A stretch of 64,000 bases of DNA from an uncultured virus (IMG/VR IMGVR_UViG_3300017749_000003) (Duplodnaviria > Heunggongvirae > Uroviricota > Caudoviricetes): IMG/VR virus record IMGVR_UViG_3300017749_000003. One strand, given 5' to 3'. Below, piece by piece: positions 47,350 through 56,701 of the stretch. The translations under genes were made by a program, and so were the position numbers. The number at the start of each line of letters is the position of its first letter. Position 1 is the stretch's first letter. The notes beneath the pieces are model-generated. The model searched no databases. It saw only the letters and a list, made by a program, of their open reading frames with translations, and had not been told where the DNA came from.

Positions 47350-49002
47350 ATGAATGATGTATACCTTGGTAATCCTAATTTAAAAAAAGCAAACACTCCC
47401 CAAGAGTTCACAAAAGAACAGATTGAGGAATTTATTAAATGTAAAGAAGATCCCGTATATTTTGCAAAAAATTATGTAAAGATCGTAACACTTGATCATG
47501 GTCTTCAACCATTCAAGTTGTATGACTTTCAGGAAAAGTTAGTCAATAGATTTCATAAAAATAGATTTAACATCTGTAAGATGCCTCGTCAGACTGGTAA
47601 GTCTACAACGTGTGTGTCTTATCTACTTCACTATGCAGTCTTTAACGATAGTGTAAATATTGGTATCCTGGCAAACAAAGCAGCAACTGCCCGAGAACTT
47701 CTCGATAGGTTACAAACTGCTTATGAGAACTTGCCACGATGGATGCAGCAGGGTATTATATCCTGGAACAAAGGTAGTTTGGAGTTAGAGAATGGGAGTA
47801 AAATACTGGCAGCATCTACGTCTGCAAGTGCTGTCCGAGGTATGTCTTTTAACATCCTCTTTCTCGACGAGTTCGCATTCGTCCCGAACCACGTTGCTGA
47901 CTCGTTCTTTGCCTCTGTTTATCCTACTATTACTTCTGGTAAAAGTACCAAGGTAATTATTGTATCTACTCCACATGGTATGAATCATTTCTACCGTCTG
48001 TGGCATGATGCGGAAAGAGGGAAGAATGAGTATATTCATACAGATGTTCACTGGTCAGAAGTTCCAGGAAGAGATTCTAAGTGGAAAGAACAGACTATTG
48101 CAAATACTTCAGAAGCACAATTCAAAGTTGAGTTTGAATGTGAATTTCTAGGATCAGTTGACACACTGATTGCCCCCAGTAAATTGAGAACATTGGTGTA
48201 TGATTCACCAATGCATAAGAATGCAGGTTTAGATGTATATGAACCTGTAAAAAGTAATCATGATTATATAATGACAGTAGACGTTGCTCGTGGTGTTGGC
48301 AATGATTACTCGGCATTTGTGGTTGTAGATATCACAGAGTTTCCTCATAGAGTTGTAGCAAAGTATAGGAACAATGAGATCAAACCAATGTTGTTCCCAA
48401 GTGTCATCTATGAAGTTGCAAAAAATTATAATAGTGCATATATTTTATGCGAAGTTAATGATGTTGGAGATCAAGTAGCATCAATTCTTCAATACGACCT
48501 TGAATATCAGAATGTTCTTATGTGTTCAATGAGAGGACGTGCTGGCCAGATTGTTGGGCAAGGATTCTCAGGTAAGAAGACACAACTAGGTGTCAAAATG
48601 TCCAAGACGGTTAAGAAAGTGGGATCACTTAACCTCAAAGCTATGATTGAAGAGGATAAGTTAATCTTTAATGATTATGAGATAATTGCCGAACTTACCA
48701 CATTTATATCAAAGCACAATTCATTTGAAGCAGAAGAAGGATGTAACGATGACCTTGCAATGTGTCTTGTAATCTATGCATGGTTGGTAGCACAAGACTA
48801 CTTCAAGGAACTTACCGATCAGGATGTTCGTAAAAGAATATATGAAGAACAGAAGAATCAAATTGAGCAAGACATGGCACCATTCGGATTTATGGATGAT
48901 GGACTAGAAGACACTAGTTTTGTTGATGCTCAGGGAGATCGTTGGTCTAATGCATCAGTTGGTGAATATGGTGATATGTCATATATGTGGGATTATAATT
49001 AA
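47350..49002 (+). CDS. g17: terminase large subunit gp17
   Basis: YLGNPNLK, Walker A PRQTGKST, Walker B LFLDEFAF, VSTPHG, nuclease DVARG and DDLAM. Confidence 0.97.
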   Translation: MNDVYLGNPNLKKANTPQEFTKEQIEEFIKCKEDPVYFAKNYVKIVTLDHGLQPFKLYDFQEKLVNRFHKNRFNICKMPRQTGKSTTCVSYLLHYAVFNDSVNIGILANKAATARELLDRLQTAYENLPRWMQQGIISWNKGSLELENGSKILAASTSASAVRGMSFNILFLDEFAFVPNHVADSFFASVYPTITSGKSTKVIIVSTPHGMNHFYRLWHDAERGKNEYIHTDVHWSEVPGRDSKWKEQTIANTSEAQFKVEFECEFLGSVDTLIAPSKLRTLVYDSPMHKNAGLDVYEPVKSNHDYIMTVDVARGVGNDYSAFVVVDITEFPHRVVAKYRNNEIKPMLFPSVIYEVAKNYNSAYILCEVNDVGDQVASILQYDLEYQNVLMCSMRGRAGQIVGQGFSGKKTQLGVKMSKTVKKVGSLNLKAMIEEDKLIFNDYEIIAELTTFISKHNSFEAEEGCNDDLAMCLVIYAWLVAQDYFKELTDQDVRKRIYEEQKNQIEQDMAPFGFMDDGLEDTSFVDAQGDRWSNASVGEYGDMSYMWDYN

Positions 49003-49017
49003 TGGATACTAAGCATA

Positions 49018-49239
49018 ATGAATATTGATGAGCAAATCAAACTGGGACATCTATTATTATATGATAGAGAATGTAGAGTTTGTGGTCAGTCTAAGAATCT
49101 TGTAAGTGAATTTTATAGAACCCGTAAAGATAGAGGACCTGTAGCATCTTCATATTCTTATGAATGTAAGGAGTGTACTATAAGAAGGATAATGAAAAAT
49201 AAGAATTGCGATAATCGATGGGAATATCCAGATTGGTAG
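49018..49239 (+). CDS. small zinc-finger protein
   Basis: CRVC...CKEC. Confidence 0.75.
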   Translation: MNIDEQIKLGHLLLYDRECRVCGQSKNLVSEFYRTRKDRGPVASSYSYECKECTIRRIMKNKNCDNRWEYPDW

Positions 49240-49317
49240 TTCACGTCAAGTTTCCCACATGAAAAGTGACATTTTAATAAATATTTTTTAGATAAACTGA
49301 ATCACACGGAGAAAAAC

Positions 49318-51480
49318 ATGGCGACTCCTCAATTATCTCCAGGAGTATTAATCCGAGAGGTTGACTTAACTGTTGGAAGAGCTGATAATGTATTAGATAA
49401 TATTGGTGCCATTGCCGCGCCATTTGCAATCGGTCCTATCGATTATCCTATTGACGTTTCTACCGAACAAGGACTAATTAATAGTTTCGGTAAACCAATT
49501 TCAACAGATAGTCAGTACGAGTACTGGATGTCAGCATCTTCTTTCTTATCTTATGGAGGAGTCCTTAAGGTAGTAAGAACGGATGGAACTAATCTAGTCA
49601 ACGCAAACGCAGCAATTGGTGCTGATCAGAAGACTTCAACTGTCGGAGATGCATCACTAAAAATTAAAAATATTGATGATTACAACCTAAATCATGCGGA
49701 CGAAGTAGCAAGTTATGCGTTTGCTGCTAAAACTCCTGGTGAGTGGGCAAATGAACTCAAGGTTGCCTTTATTGATGATAGAGGAGATCAAATCCTAACT
49801 GTATCTGATGCAACTGGTGTAGTTGTTGGTTCTGCAGTTACATATGCTTACGATAACGAAGTTCTAGTTTCTGGTGGTTCAACTTCAGCACTATCTGGTC
49901 AAACACTAGAAGGTGTTGTTACCGAAATTGACGGACTTGATATTACAGTCAAGGTTGTTCAGAGAGTATCTGTAGGTGGCACGGAATATCCACTTGATTA
50001 TTCAGAAGGTTCTGAAGTAGCATCTTTCCCCGAAACTGCAGTCATTGGTACTGCTGCTGGTGAGATTTCAATCGGTGCTGGACTTGCTGCAACCGTCACC
50101 TCACAAAAAGATTGGTATGATCAGCAAACAATTTCACTAGACAACGGACTCATTTACTGGAGTCAGATTGCACCAAAACCTGGAACTAGCAACTATGCTA
50201 ATGACAGAAGTGGTAGATCAGATGAACTACACGTAGCAGTCATTGATGATTATGGTAGTGTAACTGGAATCAAGGCAAATGTTGTTGAGAAGCACATTGG
50301 TCTTTCTAAGGCAAAAGACGCAGTATCTGCAGTAAATTCACCACAGAAAATCTTCTATACTCAGTATCTTGCAGATTTCTCAGAGTATATCTATGTCGGA
50401 GACAACGTTTCTGATGGAAGTGGTAACGAAGAAGTTGCAGTATCTAAAGCAGGTGCCTCTGTTGCTTCTGGACTTTGGGGTCAAGATGCACAAGATATTG
50501 ATTTTGCATCTGTTGGTAATATCACCTACAAACTAAAAGGTGGTAAGGATTATGCAAGTGGCAATCAGAGAATGAAAGCAACTCTTGGAGATCTTGTTAC
50601 GTCATACAGACTCTTCAGAAATGAAGAAGAATTCCCACTTGATTATCTAATCATGGGTCCTGGTTGTTCAACCAAGTATGAGTCACAAGCAAAGGCACAA
50701 GAACTGATTGCAATTGCAGAACTTAGAAAGGATTGTGTTGCTGTAGTTTCACCTCATCGTGCTGATGTTGTTGATATTGCTAATTCAGAAACTCAGACAA
50801 ATAATATTCTGGAGTTCTACTCACCACTTGCATCCTCATCTTATGCAATATTTGATACTGGATACAAGTACACTTACGATAGATTTAACAATAGATTCCG
50901 TTACATTCCAACGAATGCAGACATTGCTGGTCTATGTGTAAGAACTTCTATTGAAGCATATCCTTGGTTCTCACCTGCAGGACAGCAAAGAGGAGTTATT
51001 AACAATGCAGTTAAACTTGCATATAACCCCAATAAAGCACAGAGAGATCGTCTCTATCCTAAGAGAATCAACTCAGTCATCAATTCACCAGGAACAGGTA
51101 TTATCCTCTTCGGTGATAAGACTGCACTAGGTTACAACTCAGCATTCGACAGAATTAACGTTCGTCGTCTATTCCTTACAGTGGAGCAAGCACTCAAGAG
51201 TGCTGGTGACGCACAACTCTTTGAACTCAACGATGAGATTACAAGAGCAAACTTTGTTAATATCGTAGAACCTTACCTCCGCGATGTTCAAGCAAAGAGA
51301 GGTCTCTATGGATTCCTAGTTGTTTGTGATGAATCTAATAATACTCCCGACATCATTGACAACAATGAATTCAGGGCTGACATTTTCCTCAAGCCTACAA
51401 AATCAATCAACTACGTCACTCTAACATTTGTTGCAACACGCACAGGTATTAGTTTTGAAGAAGTTGCTGGCAGAGTTTGA
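49318..51480 (+). CDS. g18: tail sheath protein gp18
   Basis: LSPGVLIREVDLT, PWFSPAG, FDRINVRRLF, KSINYVTLTFVATRTG; ATAAATA at 49277-49283. Confidence 0.97.
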   Translation: MATPQLSPGVLIREVDLTVGRADNVLDNIGAIAAPFAIGPIDYPIDVSTEQGLINSFGKPISTDSQYEYWMSASSFLSYGGVLKVVRTDGTNLVNANAAIGADQKTSTVGDASLKIKNIDDYNLNHADEVASYAFAAKTPGEWANELKVAFIDDRGDQILTVSDATGVVVGSAVTYAYDNEVLVSGGSTSALSGQTLEGVVTEIDGLDITVKVVQRVSVGGTEYPLDYSEGSEVASFPETAVIGTAAGEISIGAGLAATVTSQKDWYDQQTISLDNGLIYWSQIAPKPGTSNYANDRSGRSDELHVAVIDDYGSVTGIKANVVEKHIGLSKAKDAVSAVNSPQKIFYTQYLADFSEYIYVGDNVSDGSGNEEVAVSKAGASVASGLWGQDAQDIDFASVGNITYKLKGGKDYASGNQRMKATLGDLVTSYRLFRNEEEFPLDYLIMGPGCSTKYESQAKAQELIAIAELRKDCVAVVSPHRADVVDIANSETQTNNILEFYSPLASSSYAIFDTGYKYTYDRFNNRFRYIPTNADIAGLCVRTSIEAYPWFSPAGQQRGVINNAVKLAYNPNKAQRDRLYPKRINSVINSPGTGIILFGDKTALGYNSAFDRINVRRLFLTVEQALKSAGDAQLFELNDEITRANFVNIVEPYLRDVQAKRGLYGFLVVCDESNNTPDIIDNNEFRADIFLKPTKSINYVTLTFVATRTGISFEEVAGRV

Positions 51481-51521
51481 TATTCATTTTTTATAAATCT
51501 AATCAGGGAGACTAAACTAAA

Positions 51522-52172
51522 ATGGCAAACAACAAGCCCTCACTTAAGAACTTATCATCATTCAAGACAAGACTTGCTGGTGGTGGTGCAAGACCGAATA
51601 TTTTTGAAGTACAATTGGATCAGTTTCCTGCAGAGGTTCAATCTCTGTGGGGATCTGAAGAGCAAGTTGACTTCAGATTTTTCTGCAAGACAGCTCAACT
51701 TCCAGCATCTAATATTGCTGCAATCGAAATTCCTTTTAGAGGTAGGACATTGAAGGTTGCGGGAGACCGCACCTTTGATACCTGGACCGTTACGGTTATC
51801 AACGATGAAGACTTTAAGATCAGACATGCTTTCGAGGCATGGATGAATCTACTCTCCAAACTTGATAATGCAACTGGTGCAGTTAACCCAACCTCATATA
51901 TGAGGAATGCAACTGTTCACCAACTTGGTAGATCAGACAGACTCGAAGGAACAAAAGTTCGTAACAATGTTACTACTGCTGGTCCTGGTGGTGGATCCAC
52001 AGGAAGTGGTGACACTACTGTCCTAAGATCATATAATTTCATTGACATTTTCCCAACAAATGTTTCTGCAATTGATCTTTCTTATGACACCACGGATAGT
52101 ATTGAAGAATTCTCAGTTGAATTCCAAGTTCAATACTTTGAAATGGCAAATGGTCCTGGAACCCTCAAGTAA
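51522..52172 (+). CDS. g19: tail tube protein gp19
   Basis: GGARPNIFEV, PFRGRTLKVAGDRTF, IEEFSVEFQVQY. Confidence 0.96.
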   Translation: MANNKPSLKNLSSFKTRLAGGGARPNIFEVQLDQFPAEVQSLWGSEEQVDFRFFCKTAQLPASNIAAIEIPFRGRTLKVAGDRTFDTWTVTVINDEDFKIRHAFEAWMNLLSKLDNATGAVNPTSYMRNATVHQLGRSDRLEGTKVRNNVTTAGPGGGSTGSGDTTVLRSYNFIDIFPTNVSAIDLSYDTTDSIEEFSVEFQVQYFEMANGPGTLK

Positions 52173-52208
52173 TACCTAACTAAATAGGTAAAACTTAGCA
52201 ATTAAATT

Positions 52209-53885
52209 ATGGCTAGACTTTTTGGATTTTCAATTGAAGATTCAGACCCTAAGTCACCGTCAATCGTCTCCCCCGTGCCTCCGAATAATGAGGACGGGGT
52301 TGATCATTATCTAAGTACGGGATTTTTTGGATCTTATGTTGATATAGAAGGTGTATATCGAACGGAGTTCGATTTACTTAGAAGATATAGAGAAATGTCT
52401 CTACATCCTGAAGTAGATAGCGCTATTGAAGATATTGTAAATGAAGCAATTGTTTCAGATTCTGATGACTCACCAGTAAAAATTGAGTTATCAAATCTTA
52501 ATGCTAGTGATGGTATTAAGAGTAAGATTAGAGAAGAATTTAAGACTATTCTAGATTTATTGGATTTTGATAAAAAGTCTCACGAAATTTATAGGAATTG
52601 GTACATTGACGGAAGACTTTATTACCATAAGGTAATTGATTTAAAAAAACCTCAAGAAGGTATTCAAGAGTTACGTTATATTGACGCAATGAAAATGCGT
52701 TATGTTCGTAAGACCAAAAAGGACAACTCTAATCCAAATGTTCTGGTTAGAAAGAACACTGAAGATCCAATGGATTATGTGTTTCCTGAGGTAGAAGAAT
52801 ACTTCATGTACACCCCAAAACTTCAATATCCAAACCAGGCAGCTGGTGGAATGAATGATTCTAAGGGTGTAAAAATTTCAAAAGATTCAATTTCATATTG
52901 CACTTCTGGTCTGGTAGATAGAAATAAGGGATCAACACTTTCATATCTACACAAAGCAATTAAATCACTCAATCAACTAAGAATGATTGAGGATAGTCTT
53001 GTAATCTATAGACTATCAAGAGCACCAGAACGTAGAATATTCTACATTGATGTTGGTAATCTACCCAAGCAGAAAGCAGAACAATATCTGCGGGACGTTA
53101 TGAGTAGATATCGTAACAAACTAGTGTATGATTCTAGCACTGGTGAGATTCGTGACGACAAAAAGCATATGAGTATGCTTGAAGATTTCTGGTTGCCTCG
53201 TCGTGAAGGTGGTCGTGGTACTGAAATTACTACACTACCTGGTGGACAGAACCTTGGTGAAATTACTGATATTGATTACTTTAAAAAGAAACTATATCAG
53301 TCACTCAATGTTCCACCATCAAGAATGGATAGTGATAGTGGTTTTAATCTTGGTCGTTCTTCTGAAATTCTCAGGGATGAACTCAAGTTCACAAAGTTTG
53401 TTGGACGTTTGAGAAAAAGATTCTCAAATATGTTCAGTGATATGCTCAAGACTCAACTTATTCTTAAGAATATCGTCACTCCTGAAGATTGGGAGATGAT
53501 GAGTGAGCATATTCAATATGACTTCCTCTATGACAATCACTTCTCAGAACTTAAAGAAACTGAGTTGATGACTGAAAGACTTAATATGGTTGCAACTGCA
53601 GAACCATATGTTGGTAAGTATTTCTCACAAGATTATCTAAGAAGAAAAATTCTTCGTCAAACTGATGAGGAAATCGTCGAGCAAGATAAACTTATCGATA
53701 AAGAAATTAAGACAGGAGTTATTCCTGATCCAGCATCAATTGATCCACAAACAGGAATGCCATTTGCACCTGAAGGTGGTGGTGATTTGGGTAAACCAGT
53801 CATGGAACCCGATATGAACACAGATGCTCAGGCAACTGCAGCACCAGAAATTGATGGTAAAGATCTCAAAGACGGTGAGATCTAA
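52209..53885 (+). CDS. g20: portal protein gp20
   Basis: IYRLSRAPERRIFYIDVGNLP, EDFWLPRREGGRGTEITTLPGG; CTAAATA at 52180-52186. Confidence 0.98.
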   Translation: MARLFGFSIEDSDPKSPSIVSPVPPNNEDGVDHYLSTGFFGSYVDIEGVYRTEFDLLRRYREMSLHPEVDSAIEDIVNEAIVSDSDDSPVKIELSNLNASDGIKSKIREEFKTILDLLDFDKKSHEIYRNWYIDGRLYYHKVIDLKKPQEGIQELRYIDAMKMRYVRKTKKDNSNPNVLVRKNTEDPMDYVFPEVEEYFMYTPKLQYPNQAAGGMNDSKGVKISKDSISYCTSGLVDRNKGSTLSYLHKAIKSLNQLRMIEDSLVIYRLSRAPERRIFYIDVGNLPKQKAEQYLRDVMSRYRNKLVYDSSTGEIRDDKKHMSMLEDFWLPRREGGRGTEITTLPGGQNLGEITDIDYFKKKLYQSLNVPPSRMDSDSGFNLGRSSEILRDELKFTKFVGRLRKRFSNMFSDMLKTQLILKNIVTPEDWEMMSEHIQYDFLYDNHFSELKETELMTERLNMVATAEPYVGKYFSQDYLRRKILRQTDEEIVEQDKLIDKEIKTGVIPDPASIDPQTGMPFAPEGGGDLGKPVMEPDMNTDAQATAAPEIDGKDLKDGEI

Positions 53886-53914
53886 TAAATAAAAATGTTA
53901 CCCCTTTAAAAATC

Positions 53915-54082
53915 ATGGACGATTTAATGGATATGATCCTACAAGATGAGTCACCTAATAATATTAGTGACAAAATCAAAAATGTGCTCTTTGCAAAAAG
54001 TGCTGAAAAAATTGATGCTTTGAAACCATCTATTGGAAACGCAGTCTTTGATGAGACGGAAGTTGAATCTGAGGAGGAATAA
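53915..54082 (+). CDS. small acidic prohead core-like protein (55 aa; T4 gp67/gp68 position)
   Basis: Read by eye; ATAAATA at 53885-53891; lies between g20 and g21. Confidence 0.7.
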   Translation: MDDLMDMILQDESPNNISDKIKNVLFAKSAEKIDALKPSIGNAVFDETEVESEEE

Positions 54083-54084
54083 AT

Positions 54085-54183
54085 ATGGAAGAAGAATATC
54101 CGATTACAGACTCTGATGATATGCCACTAGATAATAGTGAGACTGGTTATTCATCAGACGAATCATCACCAATGGAGGAATAA
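54085..54183 (+). CDS. 32 aa highly acidic micro-ORF
   Basis: MEEEYPITDSDDMPLDNSETGYSSDESSPMEE; GGAGG upstream. Confidence 0.45.
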   Translation: MEEEYPITDSDDMPLDNSETGYSSDESSPMEE

Positions 54184-54188
54184 GTATC

Positions 54189-54470
54189 ATGTCAATGGGA
54201 CCATTCAGAACTTTAAGTATTGACTATTTCCAGTTAGGTTCTAGCAATGATAGTACTTGCGAGAGTGCTACATATGTCAGAATTACAAATATCAATTCAG
54301 GAACTGCTTACGATTTTAAAGTAAGAACTACTGCAAACGATGATGCTACTACAATAGCAAAAACCATTATTGGACCTGGTGAATCTTTTATTCTTAAAAA
54401 AGATCCAGCAGAGTTCATTCATGGTGCTTCTTCAAATATCTATGCATCACCAATATCACCTAGAGAATAA
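54189..54470 (+). CDS. small beta-rich head-region protein, paralog A
   Basis: 93 aa; ATYVRI...ESFILKKDP. Confidence 0.75.
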   Translation: MSMGPFRTLSIDYFQLGSSNDSTCESATYVRITNINSGTAYDFKVRTTANDDATTIAKTIIGPGESFILKKDPAEFIHGASSNIYASPISPRE

Positions 54471-54745
54471 TGTCTTCAGATAATAGAGCAATTAAATTAA
54501 AAGGGTTAACCCTTCACACTCCAACGTCATATAGCACTATTGATGATGCAGTTTACGTTAGGGTAGTTAGTTTTTCCACTGGTGGTCAGAACTTCAGAGT
54601 TGCTAATGATGCATCTGGAAACGATATTGTTGCAAGATATGCAGTGAGTCCCAGGGAAACAATCTATATCAAAAAAGAACCAGGTCAATATCTTGGTGGT
54701 GGATCTAGCTCCTTAAGATGCAGTTCTGTATCAGTAGAAGGTTAA
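54470..54745 (+). CDS. small beta-rich head-region protein, paralog B
   Basis: 91 aa; AVYVRV...ETIYIKKEP; TAATG coupling. Confidence 0.75.
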   Translation: MSSDNRAIKLKGLTLHTPTSYSTIDDAVYVRVVSFSTGGQNFRVANDASGNDIVARYAVSPRETIYIKKEPGQYLGGGSSSLRCSSVSVEG

Positions 54746-54780
54746 GGAAACTAAATAATAAATAAAGTCACGTTTTTACG

Positions 54781-55431
54781 ATGAAACTAATTAGAGAAGA
54801 GATAGAAAAGGTAGAAGTTATTACCGAAACAAGAAACGGTAAGAAAACTCTTTATATTCAAGGACCTTTTCTCCAAACCGAACAGCAAAATCGTAACGGC
54901 AGAGTATATCGTCGTAACGTAATGGAACGTGAGGTGAAGAGATATACTGATGAGCATATTACTAAAGGTCGTGCTCTAGGTGAACTGGGTCATCCAGATG
55001 GTCCAACTATTAATCTTGATCGTGTTTCTCATAAGATCGTTTCTCTTGAGCAAAAGGGAAATGACTTTATTGGTAAAGCACAAATTTTATCTACACCAAT
55101 GGGTAAAATTGCCGAGTCTCTTCTTAAAGAAGGTGTGATGCTCGGAGTTTCTTCTCGTGGTATTGGTTCACTTCGTCCAACTAAAGAAGGTTATTCTGAA
55201 GTTGGTGAAGACTTCATGTTGGCAACTGCTGCTGATATTGTTGCCGATCCTTCTGCACCTGATGCTTTTGTTTCAGGAATTATGGAAGGAAAAGAATGGG
55301 TTTGGGAAGGAGGAATTCTTCGTGAGCAACTTGCAGTAAAAACTGCACGTAGAATCAACACTCTAGTTGATCAAAAAGCACTTGACGAACATAAGTTAAG
55401 TCTATTCAATGACTTTTTAAATTCACTATAA
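54781..55431 (+). CDS. g21: prohead protease gp21
   Basis: MKLIREE, NRNGRVY, ALGELGHP, GVSSRG, DIVADPSAPDA; tandem TAAATA at 54751-54764. Confidence 0.97.
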   Translation: MKLIREEIEKVEVITETRNGKKTLYIQGPFLQTEQQNRNGRVYRRNVMEREVKRYTDEHITKGRALGELGHPDGPTINLDRVSHKIVSLEQKGNDFIGKAQILSTPMGKIAESLLKEGVMLGVSSRGIGSLRPTKEGYSEVGEDFMLATAADIVADPSAPDAFVSGIMEGKEWVWEGGILREQLAVKTARRINTLVDQKALDEHKLSLFNDFLNSL

Positions 55432-55461
55432 GTAGTGGTACTTACATAAAAATAATTAATT

Positions 55462-55473
55462 TATAAATAAATA
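55462..55473 (+). promoter_or_regulatory. T4-type late promoter for g22-g23
   Basis: TATAAATA (55462-55469) overlapping a second ATAAATA. Confidence 0.85.
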
Positions 55474-55514
55474 TAGTTAATCTAATCTACTAAAAGATAA
55501 ACGGAGAGTCTCAA

Positions 55515-56654
55515 ATGTCTAGTGACAACAATTTACAGGAAATGGAAGTAGGCACAAAGCAATCCAGTACTGCTGTTAACTCTGGAGCTGCTAAAGCAGA
55601 TCCAATGCCCACAATGGCAGATCCTGGAACTCAACTTGCTTCTGTAGAAGATCTCGGTGGTCCTACTCCCGAGAATTATAAGTCTGATGATGATTCAGCA
55701 AAACTCAAAGAACCAGGCGCAACACTCAAGCAAGTTAGAGATGTTGTTACTAAGTCTGCTGGTAAAGCAGATGCAATGCCTGCTGGTATGAAGGAAGAAG
55801 AGGAAATCACTGACGAAGTGGTTGCCGAAGAAGAAACCACGGAAGAAGAAGTAGTATCTGAAGAAGAAACTACTGAAGAAGAAGTTGTTTCCGAAGAAGA
55901 ATCAACCGAAGAAGTTGAGGTTGTTGCTGAATATAATATGGAGGAAGATGTTAACGCACTTCTTCAAGGTGAGGAACTCTCCGAAGAATTCCAAGAAAAA
56001 GCAAAAACCATCTTTGAAACTGCAATCAATGCAAAGGTTGCACAGATCAAAGAAGGTCTAGAAGTACAATACGAAGAAAAACTACTTGAAGAAGTAGCAG
56101 TAATCCAAGAGGGTCTAACTTCAAGAGCAGACTCTTATCTAGAATATGTTGCTGATGAGTGGATGTCCGAGAACGAACTCGCAATCGAACATGCACTTAA
56201 GGCAGAAATGACTGAATCCTTCCTCTCTGGAATGAAGGATCTTTTTGAAACTCATTATGTAACAATCCCTGAAGAAAAGTATAATGTAATTGATAGCATG
56301 GTAGAAAAACTTGATGAAATGGAGACTAAACTCAACGAGCAAATTGAGAAGAATGTTTCCCTAAACTCCCGTCTCGCAGAGACTGTTGCTGAGGGTATTC
56401 TTGATCAAGTTTCTGGTGGTCTTGCCGAGACACAGAAAGAAAAGCTCGCTTCACTTGCTGAAAGTGTTGAGTTTGAAAGTGAAGAAAAATATCGTGAAAA
56501 ATTGGAAATGCTCAGAGAATCTTATTTCTCTACTAAAGCAACTCCAAAGGCAAAAACCGAGACGTTATCTGAAGGTGCAGACGCAGCTCCAGAAGTAGTT
56601 TCTGGGTCTATGGCAGCATACCTGAAGACACTCTCTTCATTTGCTAAAAACTGA
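55515..56654 (+). CDS. g22: prohead core scaffold gp22
   Basis: Acidic coiled coil; LSEEFQEKAKTIFE, YLEYVADEW; lies between g21 and g23. Confidence 0.95.
   Translation: MSSDNNLQEMEVGTKQSSTAVNSGAAKADPMPTMADPGTQLASVEDLGGPTPENYKSDDDSAKLKEPGATLKQVRDVVTKSAGKADAMPAGMKEEEEITDEVVAEEETTEEEVVSEEETTEEEVVSEEESTEEVEVVAEYNMEEDVNALLQGEELSEEFQEKAKTIFETAINAKVAQIKEGLEVQYEEKLLEEVAVIQEGLTSRADSYLEYVADEWMSENELAIEHALKAEMTESFLSGMKDLFETHYVTIPEEKYNVIDSMVEKLDEMETKLNEQIEKNVSLNSRLAETVAEGILDQVSGGLAETQKEKLASLAESVEFESEEKYREKLEMLRESYFSTKATPKAKTETLSEGADAAPEVVSGSMAAYLKTLSSFAKN
55827..55925 (+). repeat. 33-nt coding tandem repeat (EEETTEEEVVS x~3) in gp22
   Basis: Direct reading of protein and DNA. Confidence 0.8.
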
Positions 56655-56701
56655 ATTTAATATTAATCAAACAAAAACAAACACTTAATAGGTAAACCTC
56701 A

